Below, one piece after another: positions 53,331-62,763 of a stretch of DNA of 64,000 bases. The translations under genes were made by a program, and so were the position numbers. Where the stretch lies: assembly GCA_012800315.1 (NCBI GenBank), contig JAAZJO010000006.1, positions 10,172-74,171 on the forward strand, read 5' to 3'. The notes under the pieces are model-generated. The model was not told the DNA's origin. It searched no databases and worked only from the letters and a program-made list of their open reading frames with translations. Positions within the stretch are counted from its first letter, which is position 1; the number at the start of each line of letters is the position of its first letter. Source of the stretch: Candidatus Falkowbacteria bacterium. Lineage in GTDB: Bacteria > Patescibacteriota > Patescibacteriia > Patescibacteriales > UBA12465.

Positions 53331-56024
53331 TTACAACGCCTGAGCTTTCTCAATCTCAATTTCTGCCCGTGAGTTAATAACTACTGTATCCCGACGTTTT
53401 AATTCGCCACTCAGTATCCTGTGGGCAATAATATTTTCCACTCTATCTTGAAGTAAACGACGTAAGGGCCGAGCTCCGAATTTAGGATCATAACCCTCTT
53501 GAGCTAAAATAGCCACCCCATCTTTATCAGCTTTAAAATAAATACCTTTTTCTCCCAGATTCTTTTTAATCTTTTTCAACATTAGAGTAGCAATATCAAT
53601 AACATTATCCTTAGTCAAAGGTTTAAAAACAATAATGCCATCAAAACGATTAATCAACTCTGGCCGCATGTATTTATTTAACTGATTATCAATCAATTCC
53701 TGCTTAATAATATTAATTTTGGTCTTAGCCTTAATTTGTTCTTGAATATATAAAGCGCCGATATTTGAAGTAGCGATAATAATTGATTCTGAAAAATTAA
53801 TTGTTCTGCCCTGGCCATCCGTTAAACGTCCATCATCAAATAATTGTAAAAAAAGATGTAAAATATCTGGATGCGCTTTTTCAATTTCGTCTAATAAAAT
53901 CAGAGAAAACGGTTTTTTACGAACTGCTTCAGTTAAATAGCCTAAAGTACCATCAACATCGCCGATCATTTTGCGGACGCTGTCTGGATGCTGATATTCA
54001 CTCATATCTACTCTAATTAAATAATCAGCATCGCCGAAATAAATTTCAGACACTGCTTTAGCTAGTTCCGTTTTACCAACACCAGTTGGTCCTAAAAATA
54101 AAAAGCTGGCAATCGGCCGATCTTCATCTTTCAAAGCAGTGCGAGCACGACGCAAACTAGCGGCCACCGCCGTAACCGCTTCTTCTTGACCAATTAAACG
54201 TTTATGAATTTCTTTTTCCAAAGTTAATAATTTTTGGCTTTCATCAATAGTAATTTTATTAACTAAAATGCCAGTCATTTCTTCTACCGCTAAAGCCACC
54301 TCTTCACCACTACAAAAATTTTTATCTGGATTATTCTGTCTATTTTTCGCAGCAATTAAGGCAGCTTTTTCTAATAAATTAATCGCCTTAAATGGCAAAG
54401 CCTTGTCATGCAAATAACGTTCAGACATTTTCACCGCTTGCTCTAAAGCGCTATAAACAATAAAAATATCATATTTTGATTCTAAATAACCAACTTTACT
54501 CTCTAAAATCTGGATAGTTTGATTAAAATCAGGCTCCTTAACCCCAACAGTGGTCATTACACTACCCAAAGCTTTATTTTCAATATATTTAACATAGTTT
54601 TCAGTTGTGGCTGAGGCTAAACATAAAAGATGACGACGACTAAGAGACTCCGCCAAAACTTCTGATAAATCTAAACTTTCTCGACTACCCGCGCTAATAC
54701 CAATTAAATTTTCAATATTATCTATATAAAGAATAATATTTCTTGAACGATTAATCTCATTAATGATCATTAATAAACGCTCCTCAGCCATCGCCGGATC
54801 AGCACCACTCACTAAACGTGAAACATCTAATTCAACCAAACGTTTATCTTTTAGAAAATCCGGCACTTTTTCCTCAACCATTAAACGCGCTAAGCCGTGA
54901 ATAATAGCACTCTTGCCCACGCCAGTTGAACCAACTAAAAGAACACCACTATGCCCCCCAGTAAAAGCTTCAAAAATAGCTCTAATTTCTTTTTTTCTAC
55001 CAACACAAATTTCATTTAAATCATATTTAGATTGAATGGTTAAATCATGAGAAAAATGGTCTAATGTCGGTGTGGCAATCGCAGTATAGGCTCTATCCAT
55101 ACCTGTGCCCGGCTTTAAAATCGCTAAACGACGATAATTATTATAATTATCTAGCATAATCTGATTAACTCTAAACCACTCAACCGTATTCATCAATTTA
55201 TCAGCATCAACTTCTAATTCATACAATATTTCTGCTAATCGCGGATCTCTTTCATAGCAAAATGGAATTAAATCAATAATTTTTATATTATCCTGCTCTA
55301 AATTAAAAGCTTCAATAAAAGATAAAATTAAAACTTCCTCTAAAGACGAGGATAGTTGGCTGCGACCAGAAAACTTATCCGCCGGATTAATTAATTGACG
55401 ATCTAATAATTCAACTAATTTTTTAGCATTAACATTAAGTCTAATAAAAAGCGCTTGTACTTCTTTTTTCTTCAAAAGCACTCTAAAAAGATGAATGGCT
55501 GTCACCTCAGCTTGTTTTAATTTATCAGCCAACAAAAAAGCTTCCTCAATCGCCTCAATTACTTCATCACTACAAGCCTTAGCTACATTATATCTTTTCG
55601 GACTATTTGAATTTTTATCAGCTGAAGAGGCAAAATTATGATAATTTATTTTTTTAACACTCGCCTTGGCTTCACTTTTTTTATAAAACAGAAATAAATC
55701 AAACCACAAAGAAAGTAAAAAACAAAAAATAAGCGGATCTTTTTTAGCCCAAAAAAAGAAAATACGTATTGGGTTATCTAACAAAACAGCTTGATTACGT
55801 AAAATCCATAAAGCAAAAGCCAGCCAACCAGCAAAAATAATCAACCAAGTAAAAAACTCTAAAATCTTCTCTAATCTCTTTTTAGAGTTTTCTAATTTAA
55901 TTAATGACCACTTTAAATCCTTTTCCCAATACAAAAACCTACCCAAAAACCAAGTGCCGGGGCGACCACTAGAAGAATCAGGGGTAAAAACAATTTGCTC
56001 AGGTTTTGTTTTTTCAATTATCAT
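53331..56024 (-). CDS. Membrane-anchored Clp/Hsp100-family AAA+ protein (two AAA modules, degenerate D1, no M-domain)
   Basis: Two N-terminal hydrophobic helices and two Clp_N-like repeats. D1 has GSTGVGKS but ILYIDNIENL in place of Walker B. D2 is intact: GPTGVGKTELAK, LILLDEIEKAHPD and GARPLRR. Confidence 0.8.
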   Translation of the reverse strand: MIIEKTKPEQIVFTPDSSSGRPGTWFLGRFLYWEKDLKWSLIKLENSKKRLEKILEFFTWLIIFAGWLAFALWILRNQAVLLDNPIRIFFFWAKKDPLIFCFLLSLWFDLFLFYKKSEAKASVKKINYHNFASSADKNSNSPKRYNVAKACSDEVIEAIEEAFLLADKLKQAEVTAIHLFRVLLKKKEVQALFIRLNVNAKKLVELLDRQLINPADKFSGRSQLSSSLEEVLILSFIEAFNLEQDNIKIIDLIPFCYERDPRLAEILYELEVDADKLMNTVEWFRVNQIMLDNYNNYRRLAILKPGTGMDRAYTAIATPTLDHFSHDLTIQSKYDLNEICVGRKKEIRAIFEAFTGGHSGVLLVGSTGVGKSAIIHGLARLMVEEKVPDFLKDKRLVELDVSRLVSGADPAMAEERLLMIINEINRSRNIILYIDNIENLIGISAGSRESLDLSEVLAESLSRRHLLCLASATTENYVKYIENKALGSVMTTVGVKEPDFNQTIQILESKVGYLESKYDIFIVYSALEQAVKMSERYLHDKALPFKAINLLEKAALIAAKNRQNNPDKNFCSGEEVALAVEEMTGILVNKITIDESQKLLTLEKEIHKRLIGQEEAVTAVAASLRRARTALKDEDRPIASFLFLGPTGVGKTELAKAVSEIYFGDADYLIRVDMSEYQHPDSVRKMIGDVDGTLGYLTEAVRKKPFSLILLDEIEKAHPDILHLFLQLFDDGRLTDGQGRTINFSESIIIATSNIGALYIQEQIKAKTKINIIKQELIDNQLNKYMRPELINRFDGIIVFKPLTKDNVIDIATLMLKKIKKNLGEKGIYFKADKDGVAILAQEGYDPKFGARPLRRLLQDRVENIIAHRILSGELKRRDTVVINSRAEIEIEKAQAL

Positions 56025-56035
56025 ATCAACTTAGT

Positions 56036-56410
56036 TTATTTCAATATTTGAAGAAGTAAAGCGTAAACAAGAGCCACGGGCAAAATTAACCACAGCAGTA
56101 AAGCTAAAAAACAAAGACTTGCCCACAAAAGCAAAATAAAGCCACGAGCGATAATTTGGACCAAGCGCATAAAAAAACTAATCACTCGGCCAGCGAGATC
56201 ATATTGACCATACATCGGCACTAAAATATTCTTCGCCCAGATTAAAAAACCCAAAGATTTTTCTCGCTGAATTAAAAAAAGGCGGATATTCTTAAAAAAA
56301 CGAAGAAATCCGACGCTGTACCACCAAATTGGAAAATAAATTAGCTCTAAAACTAAAGAAACAATTATTTTCCCGCTATAAGTTAAAAAATTATGCTGAA
56401 ACTTAAGCAT
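56036..56410 (-). CDS. Hypothetical small membrane protein (3-4 TM helices), first gene of the apparent Clp-like operon
   Basis: 124-aa hydrophobic ORF, 11 nt upstream of and co-oriented with the Clp-like gene. Confidence 0.55.
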   Translation of the reverse strand: MLKFQHNFLTYSGKIIVSLVLELIYFPIWWYSVGFLRFFKNIRLFLIQREKSLGFLIWAKNILVPMYGQYDLAGRVISFFMRLVQIIARGFILLLWASLCFLALLLWLILPVALVYALLLQILK

Positions 56411-56512
56411 ATCTCTATTTTAATTAATTTCACCCTAAGCTTACTCTTATATATTACCATAAAAACCCTTAATAAACAAAACCGCAAAAAGTTCCCCTGC
56501 CTCCTTTAATAT

Positions 56513-56541
56513 TTGACAAAGAAGCAAGCATATATTATGAT
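56513..56541 (+). promoter_or_regulatory. clpB promoter (TTGACA-17-TATGAT)
   Basis: Consensus TTGACA at 56513-18, a 17-nt spacer, and TATGAT at 56536-41. Confidence 0.6.
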
Positions 56542-56545
56542 GATA

Positions 56546-56572
56546 TTAGCACTCTAAGATAAGGACTGCTAA
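56546..56572 (+). promoter_or_regulatory. CIRCE-like inverted repeat (HrcA operator)
   Basis: TTAGCACTC-taagataag-GACTGCTAA against the consensus TTAGCACTC-N9-GAGTGCTAA, with 1 mismatch. It starts 4 nt after the -10 element and ends 28 nt before the clpB ATG. Confidence 0.65.
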
Positions 56573-56600
56573 AAATAATTTAACTGATAAATTTAAATAT

Positions 56601-59252
56601 ATGTTTAATAAATTTACTGATAAATCTCAAGAAGCTATCATTAATTCTCAAATTCTTGCCTCTGCTTATGGTCAAGCAAATATTGAAGCTCTACACATCC
56701 TCTTAGCTCTACTCCAACAAAATGAAAGTTTAATTAAACCAATTTTAGAGAAGATGAAAATTGATCCAGAAATTATTGAAGATTATACAATTAATGAAAT
56801 AAAAAAACTGCCACGTGTAAAAACCACTGTTAACAGTGGTCCAGTGCAAGCTGTTTCTGGCACCGCTGAAACAGCTGTTATTCTAGAGCGCGCTCAAAAA
56901 GAGGCGGCTAGCATGAATGATGAATTTATTTCTACTGAACACATTTTATTAGCTCTCATTGGTGTCGTTTCTCCAGCCCAAACTATTCTTTTAAATTTTA
57001 AAGTTGAATATAGTACTGTTAAACAAATATTAAAAGAATTGCGCGGTTCCCAAACAATCACCGATCCTTTTCCAGAAAATAAATATAAAGTTTTAGAAAA
57101 ATACACCACTAATTTAACAGAATTAGCGCGCCAAGAAAAACTTGATCCAGTTATTGGTCGCGATGAAGAAATCCGCCGCATCATGCAAGTGCTTTTACGT
57201 CGCACTAAAAATAATCCAGTATTAATTGGTGAAGCGGGTACTGGAAAAACAGCTATCGTGGAAGGTTTAGCCCAAAGAATAATCGCTGGTGATGTACCAG
57301 AAAATTTAAAAAATAAAGAAATTGTTTCTTTAGATTTAGGCTCTTTAGTGGCTGGCGCAAAATTTCGTGGTGAATTTGAAGATCGTCTCAAGGCTGTTCT
57401 TAAAGAAGTAAAATCACAAAATGGACGCATTATTTTATTTATTGATGAGCTGCACACCTTAATCGGAGCTGGCGCTTCGGAAGGTTCTATGGATGCTTCT
57501 AATATGTTAAAACCGGAATTGGCCCGCGGCGAATTATGTACTATTGGCGCAACAACTACTAAGGAATATCAAAAATATATTGAAAAGGATGCCGCTCTAG
57601 AAAGACGCTTCCAACCAATCATGGTTAATGAACCAAGTATTGAGGACACTATTTCTATGTTGCGCGGCTTAAAAGAAAAATATGAGGTCCATCACGGTGT
57701 TCGCATTACCGATAACGCTGTGATTGCGGCGGCTAAACTATCTAATCGCTACATCAGCGATCGCTTCTTGCCAGATAAGGCGGTTGATTTAATTGATGAA
57801 GCCACCTCTTCTTTAAGAATGGAAATTGATTCTATGCCTGATGAGCTTGACCAGCTAAAAAGAAAGATTAAACAGCTTGAATTAAATAAAGCTGGTATTA
57901 TGACTACTGAAAAAAAATCCAGTAAATTAAAAAATATAAATTCAGAATTAGCTAAACTGAAAGAAAAAGCTACTCAGCTAGAATTACATTGGAATAATGA
58001 AAAAAATATCATCTCACAAATAAGAAATTCTAAAAAAGAAATAGATGAATTAAAAATTAAAGCCGAAATTGCTCAACGTCAAGGAACTGATTTAACTGAA
58101 GTTGCTAAAATAAAATATGCTTTAATTCCTGAATTAGAAAATAAAATTAAAAAATCACAAGAAGAATTACTTAAGATTCAGAAAAAAGGACAAAGAATTT
58201 TAAAGGAAGAGGTTGATGAGGAAGATATTGCTAAGGTAGTGGCGCGCTGGACTGGCATTCCGGTTAACCGCATGCTTCAAGATGAAATTAGAAAATTAAG
58301 TGAAGCAGAAACTGAACTTAACAAAGAAGTAATTGGGCAAGAAGAAGCTATTAAAGCAATTTCTAATGCTTTACGTCGTTCTCGCGCTGGCATTAATGAA
58401 GAAAAAAAACCAATCGGCTCCTTTCTCTTTGTTGGGCCAACTGGTGTTGGTAAAACGGAATTAGCTAAAAGCTTAGCGCGCTTCATGTTTAATGATAAAA
58501 AAGCCTTAATCCGTTTAGATATGAGCGAATTCATGGAAAAACATTCGGTAGCTAAATTAATTGGTTCCCCACCCGGCTATATTGGACATGATGACGGTGG
58601 TCAATTAACTGATAAAGTTCGTCGTCATCCCTACAGCGTTGTCTTGTTTGATGAAATTGAAAAAGCACACCCAGACATCTTTAATGTGCTACTCCAAATT
58701 TTAGATGATGGTCGCTTAACTGACTCCAAGGGCCGAACAGTCAATTTTAAAAACACCATCATTATTATGACTTCTAATCTAGGCAATGAAATTATTAAAC
58801 AATATTCTATTGGTTTTTCCGATAACAGCGATAAAAAGGAAGCTGGTCAGCTGCGCGCTGAAGAAATGAAGGAAAAAATTGATAAAATATTGAAAGATAA
58901 TTTTAAATTAGAGTTTTTGAATCGTATTGATGAAATTGTTCTCTTTAGAAGTTTAACACCAGCCGGTCTAGAAAAAATTGTTGATTTAGAATTAGCTAAA
59001 GTAGAAAAACGTTTACATAATAAAAATATTAGCCTACGTATCAGTCCCAAAGTTAAAAAACTTCTGGCTGAAAAAGGTTACGATATTACTTATGGTGCTC
59101 GCCCACTTAAACGTATTATCCAAACAATGATTTTAGATGAACTAGCTTTAGAAATAATTGAAGGGAAGGTTAAAGAAGGTGATAAAATTAAAATTGATCT
59201 AGGCAATACTGAAAAAATTACAATATTAGTTAAACAACCCGCTAAAAAATAA
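56601..59252 (+). CDS. clpB: Chaperone ClpB (Hsp100 disaggregase)
   Basis: Clp_N repeats. D1 has GEAGTGKTA and ILFIDELHTL, followed by a long coiled-coil M-domain. D2 has GPTGVGKTELAK, VVLFDEIEKAHPD and GARPLKR. Confidence 0.95.
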   Translation: MFNKFTDKSQEAIINSQILASAYGQANIEALHILLALLQQNESLIKPILEKMKIDPEIIEDYTINEIKKLPRVKTTVNSGPVQAVSGTAETAVILERAQKEAASMNDEFISTEHILLALIGVVSPAQTILLNFKVEYSTVKQILKELRGSQTITDPFPENKYKVLEKYTTNLTELARQEKLDPVIGRDEEIRRIMQVLLRRTKNNPVLIGEAGTGKTAIVEGLAQRIIAGDVPENLKNKEIVSLDLGSLVAGAKFRGEFEDRLKAVLKEVKSQNGRIILFIDELHTLIGAGASEGSMDASNMLKPELARGELCTIGATTTKEYQKYIEKDAALERRFQPIMVNEPSIEDTISMLRGLKEKYEVHHGVRITDNAVIAAAKLSNRYISDRFLPDKAVDLIDEATSSLRMEIDSMPDELDQLKRKIKQLELNKAGIMTTEKKSSKLKNINSELAKLKEKATQLELHWNNEKNIISQIRNSKKEIDELKIKAEIAQRQGTDLTEVAKIKYALIPELENKIKKSQEELLKIQKKGQRILKEEVDEEDIAKVVARWTGIPVNRMLQDEIRKLSEAETELNKEVIGQEEAIKAISNALRRSRAGINEEKKPIGSFLFVGPTGVGKTELAKSLARFMFNDKKALIRLDMSEFMEKHSVAKLIGSPPGYIGHDDGGQLTDKVRRHPYSVVLFDEIEKAHPDIFNVLLQILDDGRLTDSKGRTVNFKNTIIIMTSNLGNEIIKQYSIGFSDNSDKKEAGQLRAEEMKEKIDKILKDNFKLEFLNRIDEIVLFRSLTPAGLEKIVDLELAKVEKRLHNKNISLRISPKVKKLLAEKGYDITYGARPLKRIIQTMILDELALEIIEGKVKEGDKIKIDLGNTEKITILVKQPAKK

Positions 59253-59270
59253 ATAATCTTGACTAAAAGC

Positions 59271-59300
59271 AAAACCCGCTCCCTAAGCGGGTTTTGTGTA
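59271..59300 (+). terminator. Rho-independent terminator after clpB
   Basis: AAAACCCGCT-cccta-AGCGGGTTTT followed by GTGTATT. Confidence 0.7.
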
Positions 59301-59323
59301 TTAAAAATTTTCATAAATTCAAT

Positions 59324-59352
59324 TTGTGAATTTAAAGAAGATTTGTTATAAT
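59324..59352 (+). promoter_or_regulatory. Candidate promoter (TTGTGA-17-TATAAT) for the 59386 gene
   Basis: TTGTGA at 59324-29, a 17-nt spacer, and TATAAT at 59347-52. Confidence 0.5.
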
Positions 59353-59385
59353 TTATAATGCTTTAAAATTTAATTACTTATTTTC

Positions 59386-60936
59386 ATGAATTTCAAAAAA
59401 ATCCTTATTATTTTTTTATTTTCTCTCTTAATTGGACAAACAGCTGAAGCGCAAAGCTCTTTTATTGATCCAGATTTCAACCCTGGACGAATTATTGAAG
59501 ACAGCCAAATGTTAAATTATAGCTCAATGACCTTGGGTGAAATTCAGGCTTTTTTAGAAAATAAAAATAGTTATTTAGCTAATTATCGCACTGAAAATGC
59601 TTATGGCGTTGTTAAGTCAGCAGCTGAAATAATTTACGATGCCGCCAACCAAAACTATGATATCAGCTTTAATTACAAAACGAATCAATATGAATGTGAT
59701 CATGGTCTTGTTTTAGGCACAACCCTAGTTGAATCAGAAATTAAACAAAAATGCCAACCAATCACTACCGTTAATCCCCTATTCCTCTTAATTCTTCTAC
59801 AAAAAGAAAGTAGTTTAATAGAAAACTCTCAGCCAACACAAAATCATCTTGATTGGGCAACTGGTTATATGATTTTTGATGGTATGCTTACCTGTAGCCC
59901 TTATGATAAATGCTGGCGCTATAAAGGTTTTGGAAAACAGGTTAACAGCGCTGCTTTACAATTTTTATACTATCTAAAAACTCCGGGGAAATATACTTAT
60001 GAGGCCGGTAAAACTTATACTTTTTCAAACCAATACGGCACAATTTTCAAAGAAGGAATGACTGTTTATATAGAAAATAATGCGACAGCTGCTTTATATA
60101 ACTACACCCCCCATGTTTTTAATGGAAATTATAATGTCTTTAAACTGCTGAAAAGATATACTACTGAAAAAGAGGAAAATATAACAAAAATAATTAAAGC
60201 CTATCCTGACGGCTCCTTAATTAAGTTAGCTAACGATCCGGGAATCTGGTTAATAGAAAAAGGACAGAAGAGACCATTTTTAAATTACTCTGCTTTTATC
60301 TCCCGCTTTAAACCAGATCAAGTGGTAATTGTCTCTGAAGCTGAATTCAATAAATACGAAGTCGGTCCCAACATTAAATTTGCCAATTATTCCATTGTCC
60401 AGACACCAGATGAGCAAATATATCTTTTAGTAGATAAGGAAAAAAGACCATTTGCAAGTTTAGCGGTTTTCAAAAAAATAGGTTTTAACCCAGAAGAAAT
60501 TGAAAAAGCAAACGCTGAAGACTTGACTCTTTACACTGTTGGTAAAACTATCACCGCTACCTCAACTTATGTCACAGGCGCCCTTCTTCAAGACACTAAG
60601 ACTGGCGGAGTTTATTATGTAATTGATGATACTAAAGCTCCCTTAACTGATAGAATTTTACTCACCACTAAATTTAAAGATAAAAAAATAATTAAAGCTA
60701 CTCCAGAAGAATTAGAAAAATATACAAAAGTTGCTCCCGTTTTACTTGACGATGGAACTTTAGTAAAAACTGATAACTATCCAACCGTTTATCTAATCTC
60801 CAATGGTTTAAAACGCCCCTTTGCTGATGAAAATATTTTTGCTAGTTTAGGATATAATTTCAATAATGTTATTACTGTCTCCTCGCAATTCCTCTATAAT
60901 TATCAATTAGGTGGACCAATCCAAAAAACCGAATAA
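59386..60936 (+). CDS. Secreted protein: N-terminal possible glycoside-hydrolase-like region plus four C-terminal ~60-aa repeats
   Basis: Signal peptide (..GQTAEA/QS). LLILLQKESSLIEN...DWATGY is reminiscent of cell-wall hydrolase-like domains, at low confidence. There are four repeats with the pattern (I/V)(W/Y)LIxxGxKRPF...F...G. Confidence 0.6.
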   Translation: MNFKKILIIFLFSLLIGQTAEAQSSFIDPDFNPGRIIEDSQMLNYSSMTLGEIQAFLENKNSYLANYRTENAYGVVKSAAEIIYDAANQNYDISFNYKTNQYECDHGLVLGTTLVESEIKQKCQPITTVNPLFLLILLQKESSLIENSQPTQNHLDWATGYMIFDGMLTCSPYDKCWRYKGFGKQVNSAALQFLYYLKTPGKYTYEAGKTYTFSNQYGTIFKEGMTVYIENNATAALYNYTPHVFNGNYNVFKLLKRYTTEKEENITKIIKAYPDGSLIKLANDPGIWLIEKGQKRPFLNYSAFISRFKPDQVVIVSEAEFNKYEVGPNIKFANYSIVQTPDEQIYLLVDKEKRPFASLAVFKKIGFNPEEIEKANAEDLTLYTVGKTITATSTYVTGALLQDTKTGGVYYVIDDTKAPLTDRILLTTKFKDKKIIKATPEELEKYTKVAPVLLDDGTLVKTDNYPTVYLISNGLKRPFADENIFASLGYNFNNVITVSSQFLYNYQLGGPIQKTE

Positions 60937-60952
60937 TAAAAATGATTCTATA

Positions 60953-60992
60953 AAAAAAGCCCCTGTTTACTAATTTAGGGGCTTTTTTATAT
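60953..60992 (+). terminator. Rho-independent terminator
   Basis: AAAGCCCCT-gtttactaattt-AGGGGCTTT followed by TTTATATT. Confidence 0.65.
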
Positions 60993-61122
60993 TAATTTAG
61001 ACCTTTTATTATATTTTAGAGCTTAATACTACACAATTTAATTATATCATATTTATTTAGTTTTGTCAACTTCTCTAAAGTTATTTTTTATACTATACTA
61101 AAATTACTTAAAAACATAAAAT

Positions 61123-61926
61123 ATGGCTTTAATTAAAACCGTTATTCTCCCCCATTCTCCCTTACTTATCCCGGAAATTGGGAAAATTAATTACAATTTT
61201 CTTGATAAAACCAATGCTGCTTACGAACAAATCGGTCACGATTTAAAAAATCTTGGACTAGAAACTCTAATTATTATTAGTCCTCACTGCCCAGCTCAAG
61301 ATAATGCCTTTACTATCAATATTGCCCCTGACATGGAGATGAGTTTTAAAGACTTCGGCTTTATCCCAGCTAAAACAAGTTTAGCTGGTGATTCCCTACT
61401 GGCTGATCAAATAAAAAATATTTTGCCCGATGAATTACCCTTGCAACTTATTTCCGAGGAAGCTCTTGATTATGGCAGCGCTATCCCGGCTTATCTTTTC
61501 CATAAAATAAATCCTGATTTCAAAATTATTGTCATTGGTCCTGCCAACGAATTAAGTTTAGAAAAACATTACGAGCTAGGAAAATATTTAAAAGAAGTAA
61601 TTGAAGCTAGCGAAAAAAAAATTGCTGTCTTAGCTTCTAGTGATCTTTCTCATCGTCTCAAAAAAAGCTCACCGGGAGGCTATTCTCCTAAAGGTGCTAA
61701 ATTTGATAATAAATTAATAGAACACTTAAGCGACAAGGAAACTGCCGCTGAAAATATTTTGAAAATGGATGAAAAAACTATTCAAGATGCGGGAGAATGT
61801 GGTCTAAAACCAATTATGGTTTTACTTGGCGTTTTAGAAGGAACACCCGTTCAGTCACATGTTCTAGCCTACCAAACAGATTTTGGAGTTGGCTATTTAA
61901 GTTTAGAATTTAAACTCCTAAATTAA
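61123..61926 (+). CDS. LigB-superfamily (class III extradiol dioxygenase / Memo-like) protein
   Basis: VILPHSPLL near the N-terminus and LASSDLSHRL later, about 267 aa. The assignment is by motif memory only. Confidence 0.5.
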   Translation: MALIKTVILPHSPLLIPEIGKINYNFLDKTNAAYEQIGHDLKNLGLETLIIISPHCPAQDNAFTINIAPDMEMSFKDFGFIPAKTSLAGDSLLADQIKNILPDELPLQLISEEALDYGSAIPAYLFHKINPDFKIIVIGPANELSLEKHYELGKYLKEVIEASEKKIAVLASSDLSHRLKKSSPGGYSPKGAKFDNKLIEHLSDKETAAENILKMDEKTIQDAGECGLKPIMVLLGVLEGTPVQSHVLAYQTDFGVGYLSLEFKLLN

Positions 61927-61939
61927 ATCTAAAGATTTT

Positions 61940-62260
61940 ATGTCTGAAGATAAATTTCAATCATTAGCCGACATCATTAAGGTTAAACAAACTGGTAAAA
62001 CTATTAAACCACCAGCCTATCCTTGGCAGGAATTAGCTTTACAAGTTATTAAAGAATTAGGCGGAGTACCAAATTTTAAGCGTGCCTCTATTTTTAAAGT
62101 CTGCCGCGATTTACCAGAAAATAAAATTAGACTCGCCCTTAATGACACTAAGGAACTTTGCCAATCTGGATCCTCTTGGAAATATTTTTTCAAAATTCTT
62201 GAACAGAAAAAAGATTCTACACAAAATAAAAAGCCCAAAGAAGAAAAAAAGCAAAAATAA
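61940..62260 (+). CDS. Hypothetical small protein with Lys-rich tail
   Basis: 106-aa ORF, tightly packed (4-nt gap) before def. No family recognised. Confidence 0.45.
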   Translation: MSEDKFQSLADIIKVKQTGKTIKPPAYPWQELALQVIKELGGVPNFKRASIFKVCRDLPENKIRLALNDTKELCQSGSSWKYFFKILEQKKDSTQNKKPKEEKKQK

Positions 62261-62264
62261 TTAT

Positions 62265-62753
62265 ATGCCTAAATTATTAGAAATATTATTAAACCCTAAC
62301 CCAATTCTGCGAAAAAAATCTCTGCCAGTGGCAGTGGATGATATTTTAAAACCAGATTTCCAATCTTTTTTAGCCGACCTGAAGGAAACAATGATCAAAA
62401 AAGATGGGGCTGGCTTAGCCGCACCTCAGGTTGGTAAAAATATTCGCGTTGTTGTTATACAAAACGATAACCAGATCTTTTTTCTAATCAATCCAGTGAT
62501 TACTAAAAAATCTTGGGCTCGGGAAATAGAAGAAGAAGGTTGCTTATCTGTGTTAAGTAAAAAGGGTGAAATAATTTATGCTCCAGTAGAGCGTCATAAA
62601 AAAATAAATTGTATCTATCTGAACGAAAAAGGAGAGAAGAAAAAAATAAGCGCCGAAAAATTATTAGCTAGAATTATTCAGCACGAAACCGATCATTTAG
62701 ATGGTGTTTTATTTATTGATAAAATAGCTAAAATTAAGCCAAAGAAAAAATAA
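62265..62753 (+). CDS. def: Peptide deformylase
   Basis: GLAAPQVG, EGCLSV and HETDHLDG motifs. I placed the start at ATG 62265-67 (MPKLLEILLNPNPILR). The longer ORF-track N-terminus overlaps the upstream gene. Confidence 0.9.
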   Translation: MPKLLEILLNPNPILRKKSLPVAVDDILKPDFQSFLADLKETMIKKDGAGLAAPQVGKNIRVVVIQNDNQIFFLINPVITKKSWAREIEEEGCLSVLSKKGEIIYAPVERHKKINCIYLNEKGEKKKISAEKLLARIIQHETDHLDGVLFIDKIAKIKPKKK

Positions 62754-62763
62754 GCTAAAAAGC

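Noticed and set aside
56894-57457. A 187-aa ORF antisense to clpB. Many similar 60-170-aa antisense ORFs occur, e.g. 695..955, 1472..1738, 11499..11840, 29818..30216, 40264..40593, 43994..44512 and 62017..62238.
   Set aside because: These are shadow ORFs inside strongly supported genes. They have low-complexity, Ser/Leu/Phe/Ile-rich compositions typical of antisense frames in AT-rich DNA.
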